From contig NC_058368.1 in the NCBI RefSeq assembly GCF_018350175.1, forward strand, positions 222,086,001 through 222,150,000: DNA of 64,000 nt, in the 5' to 3' direction. The notes below the pieces were generated by a model, which was not told the DNA's origin, searched no databases, and saw nothing but the letters and a program-made list of their open reading frames with translations. Made by a program: the position numbers and the translations under genes. The first letter of the stretch is position 1. Every line of letters starts with the position of its first letter. Below are positions 1 through 11,320 of the stretch, in pieces. The DNA is from Felis catus. Its lineage: Eukaryota.

Positions 1-334
1 AAAAGTAAATGCAATGAACACATTTTCAAATAACTTTGTTTAACTAGAAGAAGAATATCTGGACAAAACCCACAAATTTAAATTTTTCTTGTTATTTAAT
101 TCAGAAGAGATTTCCAAAACCGGTGTATTTCTAAATTTCACTTTTACAGCATAATATGAGTACATCTTTTTCCTGAAAAAATGGCTAGATATTAATTCTA
201 TTTTTATTTTTTAATTTACAGTATATTTATGGATGGATATCTCATACGTTACACTAATTTTGGACAGTAATAAGATCGAGTCCCCTTGTTATTAATACTG
301 TGCATTTTGCCCTCTGTGGTTCGGCATGTTGAAC

Positions 335-600
335 ACTTCAATGGTTAAAGTAAACATTTTTGGAGCCAGATTAGCTGTTTCAAATCCCAATTCTATCTGT
401 AACTTGTTTTGTGATATTGGCAAATTTCATAATCCTTTAGTGCTTCAGTTTGTAGAAGAATGAGTAGGAAGTTACTGCAATAATCCAGGAAAATTAGAAT
501 ATTTGTATCAGAGTCAAGAAGTTTATTAGAAGTATTAAATGAGTGACTGCATGTAAAACAATCGAGAAAGTGCCTTAGAGAATATGGGTACTTACATTGT
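335..600 (+). mobile_element. MIR SINE (ancient)
   Basis: MIR core-like text: tggttaaag..tttggagccagattagctgtttcaaatcccaattct..gtgatattggcaaatttcataatcc..cttcagttt. Confidence 0.6.
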
Positions 601-899
601 TTTAATACTTTAAAATTTCTATGTATAAATCTTTGATTCATCTGGAATTAATTTATTATATGATATGAGATGAATTTTATATTTTTTCTCCCAAAACAAT
701 TCTTCAAGACAACTTTTTAAACAACCAATTATTTCACCGTGGTTTATAGCATGTATTGTTGATAGATTAACTTCTCTTTACATATTCTGGACTATATGTT
801 CTACCTAATCCATTGTTCAGTATTCATCACAGTGTTCCCTGGGCAGCATTTAACAACTGACTGCAAACTTGAAAAAACCCTTCTGCACATCTGTGGGAC

Positions 900-1345
900 C
901 ATATTCTCTGGATCAGTCCCACCTCAAGTCAATTCTTTTTTTACCCTCTAAACTTTGAATTCCATGAGTATCCCAAAACTGGGTCTTGGATTTTCCTTCG
1001 ACCATAGATGTGTTCCCATTTTTTATTGTTTATTCACATGACATTATACATCATGTTGATGCTGACAAATCCCAAAATTATTTCTGTGGCCTGGACCTGT
1101 CCTGTGAGTTGCAATGTGCTATAACTGCCTGATTGACAACAGGGTCTTGTAGGCATATCAGAGTCACCAGGTCCAAAACAGATACTTTGTCCCTATCTGT
1201 ACTATAACCAACTTGTTCCTTTCCTTCCCTCCACTTCTCGGTAGCATGATGAGCATACCACAACGTCACTATTTTTCCAGTTTTGAAATCTGGGAGTCAT
1301 TCGTCAACTCTCTTTTTTCCCTCTGTCCACACATGTATACAATTA
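900..1345 (+). mobile_element. L2 LINE fragment
   Basis: Resembles the L2 3' ORF region (atgttgatgctgacaaatcccaaaattatttctgtggcctggacct..ctgggagtcattcgtcaactctc). Confidence 0.55.
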
Positions 1346-1361
1346 GTTCATTCTAAATCAA

Positions 1362-1532
1362 AAGCAGTGTGATTACAGTGGGAAGCAAATACTTTGAGTC
1401 AAGCAAAACTGATATAATTTCTGGCTCTTTTGTTTACTGACTATATCATACTCTAAATTACTTAATCTTTCTGTCTCTAAGTCTTTTTATCTGTAAATAT
1501 ATTGCTTAACTTGCGATTTGACTGCAGGATTA
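1362..1532 (+). mobile_element. MIR SINE
   Basis: gcagtgtgattacagtgggaag..actttgagtcaagc..ttacttaatctttctgtctctaagtctttttatctgtaaa, MIR core pattern; abuts the EBLL 5' edge. Confidence 0.6.
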
Positions 1533-1803
1533 CACTGAAACTCCCATTGTCATGTTTATGGATCCCTTCAGTCATTATTATTTTACCCATCAAGTCCCTA
1601 AGCATTTGGTTTTCTCTTGAAAAAAATTTTTGAATTTCGCTAAAGTGTTAAAAGAATGATTGGGATAATACATGGTATAACTACAGAGAGGTGTGAATAT
1701 GCCTGGGAGGTAAGAAAATATAATTTCTTAAAGAAATTGTCACATTATATTAAGGTGTCAAATTAAAGGTAATACGCGTGTTGCTTTATTTAATATGCTG
1801 ATG

Positions 1804-1863
1804 AAAATACTAAAATTGTATTTTAAAGCATATACTAAAATACTAAAGTTGTATTTTAAAGCA
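1804..1863. repeat. Tandem duplication, 33-bp period (aaaatactaaa[a/g]ttgtattttaaagca)
   Basis: Copies at 1804-1830 and 1837-1863, one mismatch. Confidence 0.9.
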
Positions 1864-2150
1864 AAAAAAATACTTCCTTTTATTTCCTATTTAATCATTT
1901 TAACAAAAATTCATGATCATTGTTAATTATTATGGTTTTAAAATATCATCTGTCATTAATATTTGTGTCCTTATTTTTCAAAAATTAGGATTTATGCTTC
2001 TGCCTTGTCTCCTTGAACACTCTTGATGTTGCTTTTCCTACGATTAGTCTCAGAATTCAGAATATTGAAACTGTTAATATGTCTTCTATGCATAAAATAC
2101 CTGAGGTTCCCAGAAGGAACACCAGGTTAAAAAAAAAAAAAGAATTTTGT

Positions 2151-2200
2151 TCCTTTATCCTTTATCCAATCTGGATCCTTTATCCTTTATCCAATCTGGA
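2151..2200. repeat. Exact 25-bp tandem duplication tcctttatcctttatccaatctgga
   Basis: 2151-2175 equals 2176-2200. Confidence 0.95.
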
Positions 2201-4365
2201 TAATAGAAACAACTCTGTATTTCTTAGTATGTTCTGAGTGGCAATTAACTCAAATCTATTGTGAGCTATCTTTCATTTATTCAACTTATGAATCAAAGAA
2301 CAGCTCATATTTCAAGTTTAATTATGTATAAAAAGATACATTAACATAAAGGCTTTTCAGTCAATATATGGTTTCCATTTAAAAGAAGCATGCTCATGTT
2401 CAAGAACAATAACTGGTGCAATAACTATCTACAATGTGCTTTTTTTTCCCCTCTAGGCTTTAATTCCTTCTCTAGCAGAGATAAGCAAAGTGCATGGCAT
2501 CAATAGACACGGACTTTGTCAATATCCTCCCTGTTCTTAACAGGTTCTTACTCTCAAGGACATTATTAGCTATATTCCCACAAACTGTATATCATAACTC
2601 AAGAGACGATTTCCCTCTTTTTTATCTACTGATGTGAGTTAACATAAAACTTTAGTCAGAATTGTTCGGTTTTATTGGCACAGTGAGGACAAATTAACTG
2701 TTGCCATGAATCAATGGTTTGGGAGACATTTTGCCAAAATTGTTGAGTGTATCTTTATTTGCTTGTCTCAATCATCATGGTTCCAAATCTTGGCAAAACT
2801 ATAAAGCGTCCTTTGCAAAAATTCAAATGTATTCCCTACAGCTTGAGCTGGAAGTAGATTTTGATTATGTCTTGATCATTTTTTTCTACTGGCTATGAAG
2901 AAAACCATTCTCTCCAGCCTGGTGAACACAGACCTATCCCCCCAGTAAAGAAGAAATCATTTTACTGAAATTTTTATTAAAGAACTTGGTAGTCTGTCAC
3001 TTAATAAATTGCACTGTCCACATCCACATCAACCTTCATGGAAGGTAGAAAGAACAGATGGAAGTCTGAAACTAAATGAGTCAATGTTCACAGAGACCTT
3101 AAAACCTGCAGTCTAAGGTACTTCCTCCTTCCATGGTTCAACTGTAGTTTGTGAGTTAATAACAGGCCAAACCATGTGTCTAGAGACATTACTTCTGATT
3201 CTAAAATCTACAATTGTTTCCATAAATGTTGTCAGGGGCTAATGAAATCCATTCTTATCACCAACATGTACTGAAACCTTAGTATTCTCTTGAGCCCTGC
3301 CTGCAGAATTGTTTCTCAAACCTAGATATCAGATTTGTTGAAGAGACACCATAGAATGACATAAGGATAAAAGTCACTGACAAGCAGTTCTGCCAACCAG
3401 CAAAGTGTAAATCTTCAAAGACTGATCCCTTGATTTCTATATGTCAGATGAGGAGCACAGGTCTTCTTTGAATCGTGGGACGGCTACTCTACCCAGAATC
3501 TCAAACTGAAGATGCTTAGGATTCTTCCAAAAGCAAAAGGTCTTGGACAGGAGTTGGCTTCCACTAATGACATCCAGACCAGGGAAATCATTATGTGATA
3601 AATAAACATCTACCAATCATTCTTCATAGAAAAAGAACCACAGTTTGTCGTACTCAATCTGTATGTTTTGATTCTTTTTTTGCACAACAATCTTTTTTTC
3701 ACCCCCGCTTCTTCTTTAATATTACATTTAATTATGTTACCCGTAAAACTATGATTCCTAATACTTCTTTTGTCATCTTTAGTCACTCCCTGCAGGAGTT
3801 CAATAACTGGTTGCAACTTGTTTATGATTTGGCTAGAACATACATGTGAACCATGGTTGAGTTTGCACACATTCTCCTTGAGGTGCCAGCCAGCTCCTTT
3901 TAACACTGGTCCCTTGTCATGAAACATTTGGGTTTACCAATATTTGAACTCAACTACTTATTGATATTTTATCTAGATAGCAGAGCATTAGATAACTAAA
4001 AATCTAAAATCCCAACTAAGCTCATCTAGGAAGGGAAGCCTATGCTTCTAAGGGACACAACACTCACAGATCATTTATAGAAGGCAGCTTCTATAACTAC
4101 ACTTTCAGAAAGAGAAGTCTTGAAAAGGCAATAGATTAAAATCATATGTATTTAATACTTTCTCATATTTAGAGACTTCAGACAAATCAGATCTACCCTG
4201 CCCTCTGTGTGATGAGTTTTCCATTTTATATCCACCATCTGATTAACACTAGAATGACACTGAAAGCAAACAATAAAATTTATCAACCCTAATGACTTCT
4301 ATGGATTTGTAGTACCAGAATCTAGTGACTATTACAACAAACTTGAAAGAAATGAACCATATTAG

Positions 4366-5195
4366 TGTGATAGGCAAAATAATGCACTCTCAAAAATGTC
4401 TAGATTCTAATCCCTCAAAGTGATGAAAATGTTGCCTTACATGGCAGGAGAGACTTTGCAGATGTGATTAAAGGTAAGGACTTTTAAACAGAATTATCCT
4501 ATAGTTTTGGGTGGCCAAATGCAGTCATAAGGCTTTTTTCAAGTAGAAAAGGGAGACAGAAAAAATTGTAATGTGTAAAGGACTTAATATGCTCTTTACT
4601 GTTGAGCCCTAACTTGTATAGAAAGTGTTGGTATTTTGCTATGGAGTCTTTGGGAAGTAATAAGATTTAGATGACATCATGAAGATGGTGCCCCCATGTT
4701 GGGATTGGTGCCCTTTGAAGTAGAGGAAAACGCACAAGAGAAATTTCTTATCTTCAATGAGCAAACACTGATGAAAAGCCCTGGGCACACATAGTGAGAA
4801 GGTGTCTGTCTGTAAGAGGTTGGAAATCTAGGAAGTGGGCTCTCTCTAGGAAATGAATATGCTTGATCTTTGACTTTCTAGTCTCTAGAACTGTGAGAAA
4901 TGAACATCTGTTCTTTAAGCCATCCTACTTTTTGCATTTTGTTGTATCAACCCAAGCTAACCAACACAGGGTCCATGAGCTGAAGAATGTAGTTGGGATC
5001 TAGGTATTGAGAAAGACAAGAACATGGATCTTCCCGTAGTATTAAAGGAGGAATGCAGTCTTGCTGATATCTTGATTTTAGCCCAGTAAGACTTGTGTTG
5101 AACTTCTAATATGAAGAACTATTGAATAATGAATTTATGTTGTTAAGCTACTAAGTGTGTGGTAATTTTTGCATCAACCATTAGAAACCAATAAA
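4366..5195 (+). mobile_element. MaLR LTR (MLT1D-like) with a second MaLR LTR (MLT1A-like, ~4598-4967) nested inside
   Basis: Outer 5' part tgtgataggcaaaataatg..gttgccttacatggcaggagagactttgcagatgtgattaa; inner element ends tgagaaatgaacatctgttctttaagc..caagctaaccaacaca; outer resumes and ends aagctactaagtgtgtggtaattttt..agaaaccaata. Confidence 0.7.
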
Positions 5196-5627
5196 TTTGG
5201 CAAGTGAATACATGTGTTCATGATGGTCAATTAATATCACTCAGGTTCCATTTGGGCACATTATTTCTATTCCTTCATATAAACAAAGCAAAACAAACAA
5301 AACAACAAAGACAATTTTATTAAGTAACTTGGTTTTGAAAAAGGAGAAAAAGTTGAGCTTTTAATCAAATTTGAAATGCTTGAAATCTTAACTACTTAAC
5401 AGGAATTCTATAAAATTTTCCTCTCTCATCCAGTCTCTTCATATCACACTTTACACAAGGCATGAAAATTAAAAAAAAAATCTACATACTATGGTTCACA
5501 GATTACAGATGAACCATAAAATGTCAGTGAGCCCAAGGAACTCCTCAACTGAGAAGTTAATGACAATGGACAGCTGATGGCATAAAGTATTATAAATCAT
5601 GTAATTAGATACTGTTGGCACATATTC

Positions 5628-6075
5628 TTGTGGTAGCCAACCACCAAGTACGTCTTCAATTATCTTTACCTCTTAGTATTAATGCTCTTGTATAGTCTCT
5701 TCCCACATTGATCTAGAAGTGCTCTAAGTGACTAACTAGGTATGGCAGAGGTGACAGCGTGTGACAGTGTGCAACTTCTGAGGTAGGCCTTAAAAAGCAT
5801 GGTGGCTTCCATTTTGGCTTCTTGGATTATGCACTCTAGATGCAGCTAGCCATCATGTTAGGATGACTTTGAAATAGCCTTAGAAAAGATGAATATAGAG
5901 ATAAAATGAGGCTGTCCATCACCAGCCAATACCAGTTTACAAGCCATGCAAATGAGCCATCTTGGAAGTGAATGTCCCAGCCATAGCCAAACCTTCAGAT
6001 GACTGCAGTTTCAACCAACAAATAAAGAGTAGCCTCTCGTAAGATCCTTTGCCAGAACAACCTGTCTTTATCACC
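5628..6075 (+). mobile_element. MaLR LTR (MLT1F/G-like)
   Basis: tgtggtagccaaccaccaag..gccatgcaaatgagccatcttggaagtgaatgtcccagcc..ccttcagatgactgcag. Confidence 0.6.
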
Positions 6076-6553
6076 TACTCACAAAATTATTAGATGTCTA
6101 CTACAGTGCCCATTTCCAGCTCTCCGCATTCATCAAATTGTAGTAGAATTTGTTCTTTTAACTTAATATGTGTTCTCTTGTCTTCCTTAGAAGTGGACTA
6201 CACATATCGATTATAATTCTTCCTTTAGTATTTGTCTCTAATATTGTTCAAATATGTGATTTCAAATGTTGTTCAGATGCTGTCCCATCAAGTGATATTA
6301 CAGATGATCAACCACACAAAAGGATAGAAAAAAAAGACACTATACAGTGGTCAAAATAACTCCCAAAAAACACCTTATCTATAATTACATCTCTTCAAAC
6401 AACATTGTACATCTGGATTGATCATGTTCCCAAATAATAATGGTCTCTCCTCCATTTCAGGCTGAGGGACAATGAGATGGGATAAAAGCAATAAAAAACC
6501 TAAGTCAATATAACGTGGGTTTGTTTGTTCGTTTGTTTGTTTTATCTCCACAG

Positions 6554-6970
6554 TGTAAGCCTTTGCCCTTGAAAAAAAAAAGAGTATCAAATGCTAAATA
6601 AATTTATTGTTTGCCTCAGGAAATCACTCAAGAACAATTGAGCTGAGACAACATGCTCGTTCACCTAGGCAAATATCTTACCTATGCAACAATGGTTTCT
6701 TATCAAAACTTGCTTCAAGACCTTCACCTTGCTGTGGCCATCAACCTTGCATTATTGCATTCTGACCAATTTTTATGTTACTCCCCTTGGAAGACTCATT
6801 TAACTCACTTGAGCCCATACTCCGTAACAGGGAAAAATCCTTCTCTGAGTCCTCACTATTGAGACATGACTAAGAGTCTGTCAAAGTGTCATACTTCCTT
6901 GCCAGAGAGAGTTTTAATAAGTTTAGTTTTACTTCAAACACAAGTTGTCCTGTGCTATTTTCGGGAGTTA
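6554..6970 (+). mobile_element. ERV1-class solo LTR (MER89/MER110-like)
   Basis: LTR-like architecture ending ctattgagacatgactaagagtctgtcaaagtg..ttaataagtttagtttt..tcgggag. Confidence 0.45.
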
Positions 6971-7486
6971 TATTGGTTAAAATACAAAATGTTAGCTAAG
7001 GTACTATTTCGTGAACTTGTGATTGTGCCATATATGGTAGACAGTGTTCATTACTGTAAAATATACCTATTATTCAATCAACAGGCATTTTTTGAGCACA
7101 TACTAAACTCTAAGTGATTTGAATAGAGAAGATTGATCAAAAACATACCCTCAATGAATATACATACCTTTATACATAATATGCTGAGTAGAGAGCCCCT
7201 GACATAGTCAGTGTCATGGCAACAGGCAAGTTTAGGTGAGCATTTCCCATAACAAAAAAAGCTATGTTCATTTGTGCACTGTGTATTTGTGTTTGTGTTT
7301 GTGTTTGTGTCTGTTTGGTGAGATAGCTAGCAATATAATTTGATGTCTTAAATACCCAATTGGGAAAGGCATCTCAGTAATAAATAAATAGAAATTCTGG
7401 TTTAGTTATTAGTGTTTTTTTTTTTTGGTTATCTGAGCTTTTTACTAGGATGTGATATCTTATCCCATTTTTACATTCACATCTAC

Positions 7487-7523
7487 AGACACACACACAC
7501 ACACACACACATGCACACACACA
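7487..7523. repeat. (CA)n microsatellite
   Basis: Seen directly. Confidence 0.95.
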
Positions 7524-8578
7524 CTTAATATGGTGATATTCTGCTCATGGTAGAAATAAAATATTATTTCTACTATCATCAAAACTAGTCATTTTGAGAG
7601 ATGCCTCATCTGAAAATTAACAATTTATAGTTCCTTTATAGATTAATATGAAAATTTGATGTTTCCTTTCCAGAAATTCAAATTCATATTTCAATAAACA
7701 GGCATCTCTCTCTGCAAAACCTGGAAATGTAGTTCTTTTGAAAAATAATCTGTGCTGGAAAATTGCATGTCATTTTGGGAAAAGACCAATCACAAACAGT
7801 AATTACACAGAAAATCAAGCCACAGAAACATCCGTTTCCCTTACAGTTAAGAGTCCTTACTCTCCGAAATGTACACAGGAAAACCAAAAGGGGATGAATG
7901 TTCCTGACACTTCAGAGAAAAAGTCACTTGAACAACAGCTCAGCTGACATAATCAAACATATGCAAACCTGGAAAGGAACAAGACGACTGTTTTTCATAT
8001 TAGTTCAGCTGTCAAGAAAGTGCAAAATAAAACTATCATTCTTTACTGCATGATGATTTTTTTTTCAAATCATTATTTGTTCATTTTGCAACTTCAACAG
8101 CTAACTTGCAGGCTGTGTTCCATGACATTGAAGGACTACGCAATCACACTCATGATAATGTAAAGGGAGATGACAAGAGAGTACGGTGGCATTTGGATTA
8201 ATTTCTATTATTACATGCAATTTGTGACCAAATAATTCAAGGTGTATTTTTTCACAGCATTTTAATCAAGATGAACATTTACTAATGAGTCATTTTAGGG
8301 GACTTTTAATTTTAAAAATCAGGGCCATCTTTTCTAAGGGTTAGACTGCTTATAACTTTAGGGTTTTTTTGTTTGTTTTTGTTTTTGTTTTTGTTTTTGT
8401 TTTTGCAATTTATAGTTAATGCCTAAGACCTTAATGATTTCTATTTCATTTCAATGTCTAACTTCCTTTACAACAAAATTCCATATTTGGCATATGTAAC
8501 TACAGTACATTTGTTATTTGCAACCAAAAAGCACTCAGTGGTAAACATTGCCTGCTGTATAAGAATAAGTTAAATTCC

Positions 8579-8796
8579 GGGGCACCTGGGTGGCTCAGTC
8601 AGTTGAACTTCTGACTTTGGCTCAGGTCATGATCTCACAGTCTGTGAGTTTGAGCCCCGCGTCGGATTCTGTGCGGACAGCTCAGAGCTTGGAGCCTGCT
8701 TCAGATTCTGTGTCTCCCTCTCTCTCTGACCCTCCCCTGTTCATGCTCTGTCTCTCCTGTCTCAAAAATAAATAAACATTAAAAAAATTTAAAAAA
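8579..8796 (+). mobile_element. Carnivore tRNA-derived SINE (SINEC/CanSINE)
   Basis: ggggcacctgggtggctcagtc head, (CT)-rich body, A tail; 18-bp TSD aagaataagttaaattcc at 8561-8578 and 8797-8814. Confidence 0.97.
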
Positions 8797-9589
8797 AAGA
8801 ATAAGTTAAATTCCTATTCTCTGTGTTCTATAGAATTCCTAATTTCTTCCATAGTGTCAGATGAACTTAAAGTGTAATAAGATGAAGGAATCAGCCTATA
8901 GGAGTGTAGATCTAAACTAAGTTGAACCTATGAGTGTCTGATGATGGATGGTGGAAGAAGTTGTTATAGCAATTTGTCTCAGGACTCTAACCTAGTATTG
9001 GATATTTTTAACTGAGGCCCAGTGCATCTGAAATTCCAAGCAGGTAGAACATTTTGAGTGGAGATCTCTTCCAGGAATTGCCCCTCGCAGGGAATACATG
9101 ACAAGATTAAGGAAAGCTCTTATAGAGTTCTCATAGGTGACCCAAGCAAATGTGTTCTAGGCAGATGCTGATCTCAGGAGATCTGCACTCATCCATCCAA
9201 CAATTCTCAGGATCAAACTGAGAAACAAAATTATTGGACTTATGCCTATTCTTTTTCCTATAAACTTCCTTTTTATAGGCTCATAAAAATATGATGACAT
9301 ACTACAAAAGGAAAGTCAGCAATATTCTACGTACTAAGGCAGGTTTTTGTCAAGAATAAAATAGGATCAAATGATCGAAGAATTCCTAAAAGCATTCCTC
9401 ATTTGTGGGGTCAAAACACATACAACATTTGAAGATCCAACAAAAAAAAATTCCATTTTAGGTCTAACACAAAACTTATTTTCACTGTGATCAAGGAGGC
9501 TTTCAAATGTATGATTCAAAAGGCTTAAGAGAAACTCCGTTTCTGGGTTAAAAAACTTGAATCATAATGGGAAGAGTGTCTTGGCTAGT

Positions 9590-10150
9590 TCCTGTAAAGC
9601 CCCCAGGGATGTTGCTTAGTGACTCCCCAAAAGACCAACTAAAGCATGTTGAGTAAGTAAAGCTAAATAAAATAGAAGTACAACTACAGAGGAAAACACT
9701 ACCTTGACAGGGTGGTGTTTTAAAAGAGTAGATGATGAGGTGATACTTATAGGCCATAAGAGTGTGGGTTCAAGTGGATACGCAGGCCTTTCAAGGCCAG
9801 TAACTGATTAGAATAGGTAAAATCCATGACATAAGTACTGAGGATTGAGGGACACTTTTAGATGAGGGCCTTGAAGTGAGTCTTCATAAGTAAACCGCTA
9901 TTTAATAAACAGCTATCTGCCCAGGTGAGAAATCTATTGTCTGAAAAGAGAATTGTTTGCTCACACAAATTGGTTTGCAGAAATTTCCTGAAGCAAACAA
10001 TAAAGTTATTTATTGGTTTACCATCCTACCTTCCTGAAAAAATAATATGAAATAAATTTTTAAATCATGTTGACATAGACAGTCTCAGGTTTTATTTCTA
10101 ATAGTTAAGCTATGTAAATACAGGTAGTCTAAAGTTTCTATGTACTGTTG
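9590..10150 (-). mobile_element. ERV1-class solo LTR, probably related to the one at ~6554
   Basis: The reverse complement of gactccccaaaagaccaac..gaaaacactaccttgacag resembles the 3' end of the 6554-6970 LTR. Confidence 0.4.
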
Positions 10151-11174
10151 ATTAACACTATCCAGCGAAGATATTACTTTTATTTACTATGAGCTTCAGC
10201 TGAAAATCTAAAAAAAAAAAAAAAAAAACTTAATTTCTTGTCTTTAATGAGATTATTGTAGCTGTGATAATCAGCGGGCTGTGTGTATGTGAGGAGTGTG
10301 CATACTGTCAACATATTCCAAAACATCTTCTCTAAAATTTCAATTTTGAGTGAATGGGAGAACTGTTAAATTGTTTAAGTCTTTTATTACTTAAATCCTA
10401 TATTACTTCAATTGATTGCTCTGTATTTTTATGGCCAAGTTTTTGATATGTTGCCATGAATTTCAATGAAAAATCTGTTCAGCATGAAAACAGAAGTATT
10501 TATTTTCCAAAAGGATTCTCCACCATATGTCATTTACAGAACAGAGTCAATTCTTCAGGGCGTAGATGTGTACATTTCCTTCTGTCGGTGTGGAAGTAAG
10601 CGAAATGCCGACGATTATACATTCTTCACGGGATTCTCTGCAGCTTCAGGTAAAACTGTTAAGATGCAGAAAAATAAAAATAAGCTGCTAGAGATTCATA
10701 ATTACAAATCAGGAAATAAAAATAGAATCATTGCTTGAATTTCATATTTCTCTCTAGGGAATTAAAAGCAGTATATAAACATTGTTTACAAATGTCCATA
10801 TAGTCCTATGCTGATTCCATATGTGAGCAATCGACCTTCTGTTGAAGTCATTGTTGCATTTGTTTTTCAGACTGGAAAGTACTTGTCTGCCAGAAATTTT
10901 GATTTCTTCATCTGAAATGAGGGGATAATATATCTGAAAGCATATATATTTTTTAGCATGAAAAAATTGCTTTTGTATTCTAATATATGACTGAAAAAAC
11001 CTCATATTTAAAAGAATCTAGGGAACAAGGTGCCATATCCAAGATAAATTGTATGATAAGTACATATTCCATGAATTTATACCAAATAAATATTTCACAA
11101 ATAATAATAAAGGAACTATTTTACAGCCTCATTCCTACAACTAATAGCAATGGTGCACACACACTCATATGTAA

Positions 11175-11192
11175 CTATATATACATATACAT

Positions 11193-11234
<42 letters not shown>

Positions 11235-11320
11235 ACATATACATATATACATATAGTATATATACATATACTATATGTATATATGTATATGTATATATAT
11301 ATAGTCACATATTATATATA
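11175..11320. repeat. (TATACA)n / (TATGTA)n compound microsatellite
   Basis: Seen directly; source of the YIYT/HIHI ORFs. Confidence 0.95.

Larger units (their letters stand above)
1545..4100 (+). other. Endogenous bornavirus-like L element (EBLL): decayed, 5'-truncated fossil of the C-terminal half of a bornavirus L polymerase gene
   Basis: Collinear + strand peptides vs BoDV-1 L (recalled from memory): 1552 MFMDPFS~SLVTDPTS; 1780 VALFNM..KILKLYFKAYT~SALFAL..SIIDLFQKSST; 2253 NLL*A~NLVRD; 2303 AHISSLIMYKKIH*HKGFS~PHLNTLMARFLLEKGYT; 2409 ITGAIT~IQGGTL; 2512 DFVNILPVLNRF~GYVNILSTWLRF; ~2596 NSRDDF~KSSDDY; 2851 EVDFD~EVEFD; 3077 *VNVH..FLLPWFN~RINFH..VLLPFIN; 3334 FVEET~FVEET; 3421 TDPLISICQM~VDPAVALDLCHL; ~3685 QQSFFHP..NITFN~ESVCYAHP..ELEFN; 3784 HSLQEF~RSLQSF; 3922 KHLGLPIF~HILGQPVL. 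Many stops and frameshifts. Confidence 0.85.

Noticed and set aside
1..1540. Upstream bornaviral genes (G, M or N-terminal L) next to the EBLL
   Set aside because: I could find only MIR and L2 sequence by eye, with no GDN motif or G-like cysteine pattern. A translated search would be needed to exclude faint remnants.
3610..3927. 105-aa minus-strand ORF
   Set aside because: It is antisense to the EBLL. The bornavirus similarity is on the + strand, and this peptide resembles nothing I know.
4134..4142. ttaaaa after the EBLL end as a relic viral termination/poly-A signal
   Set aside because: The motif is too short and common in AT-rich DNA, and no matching TSD was identified.
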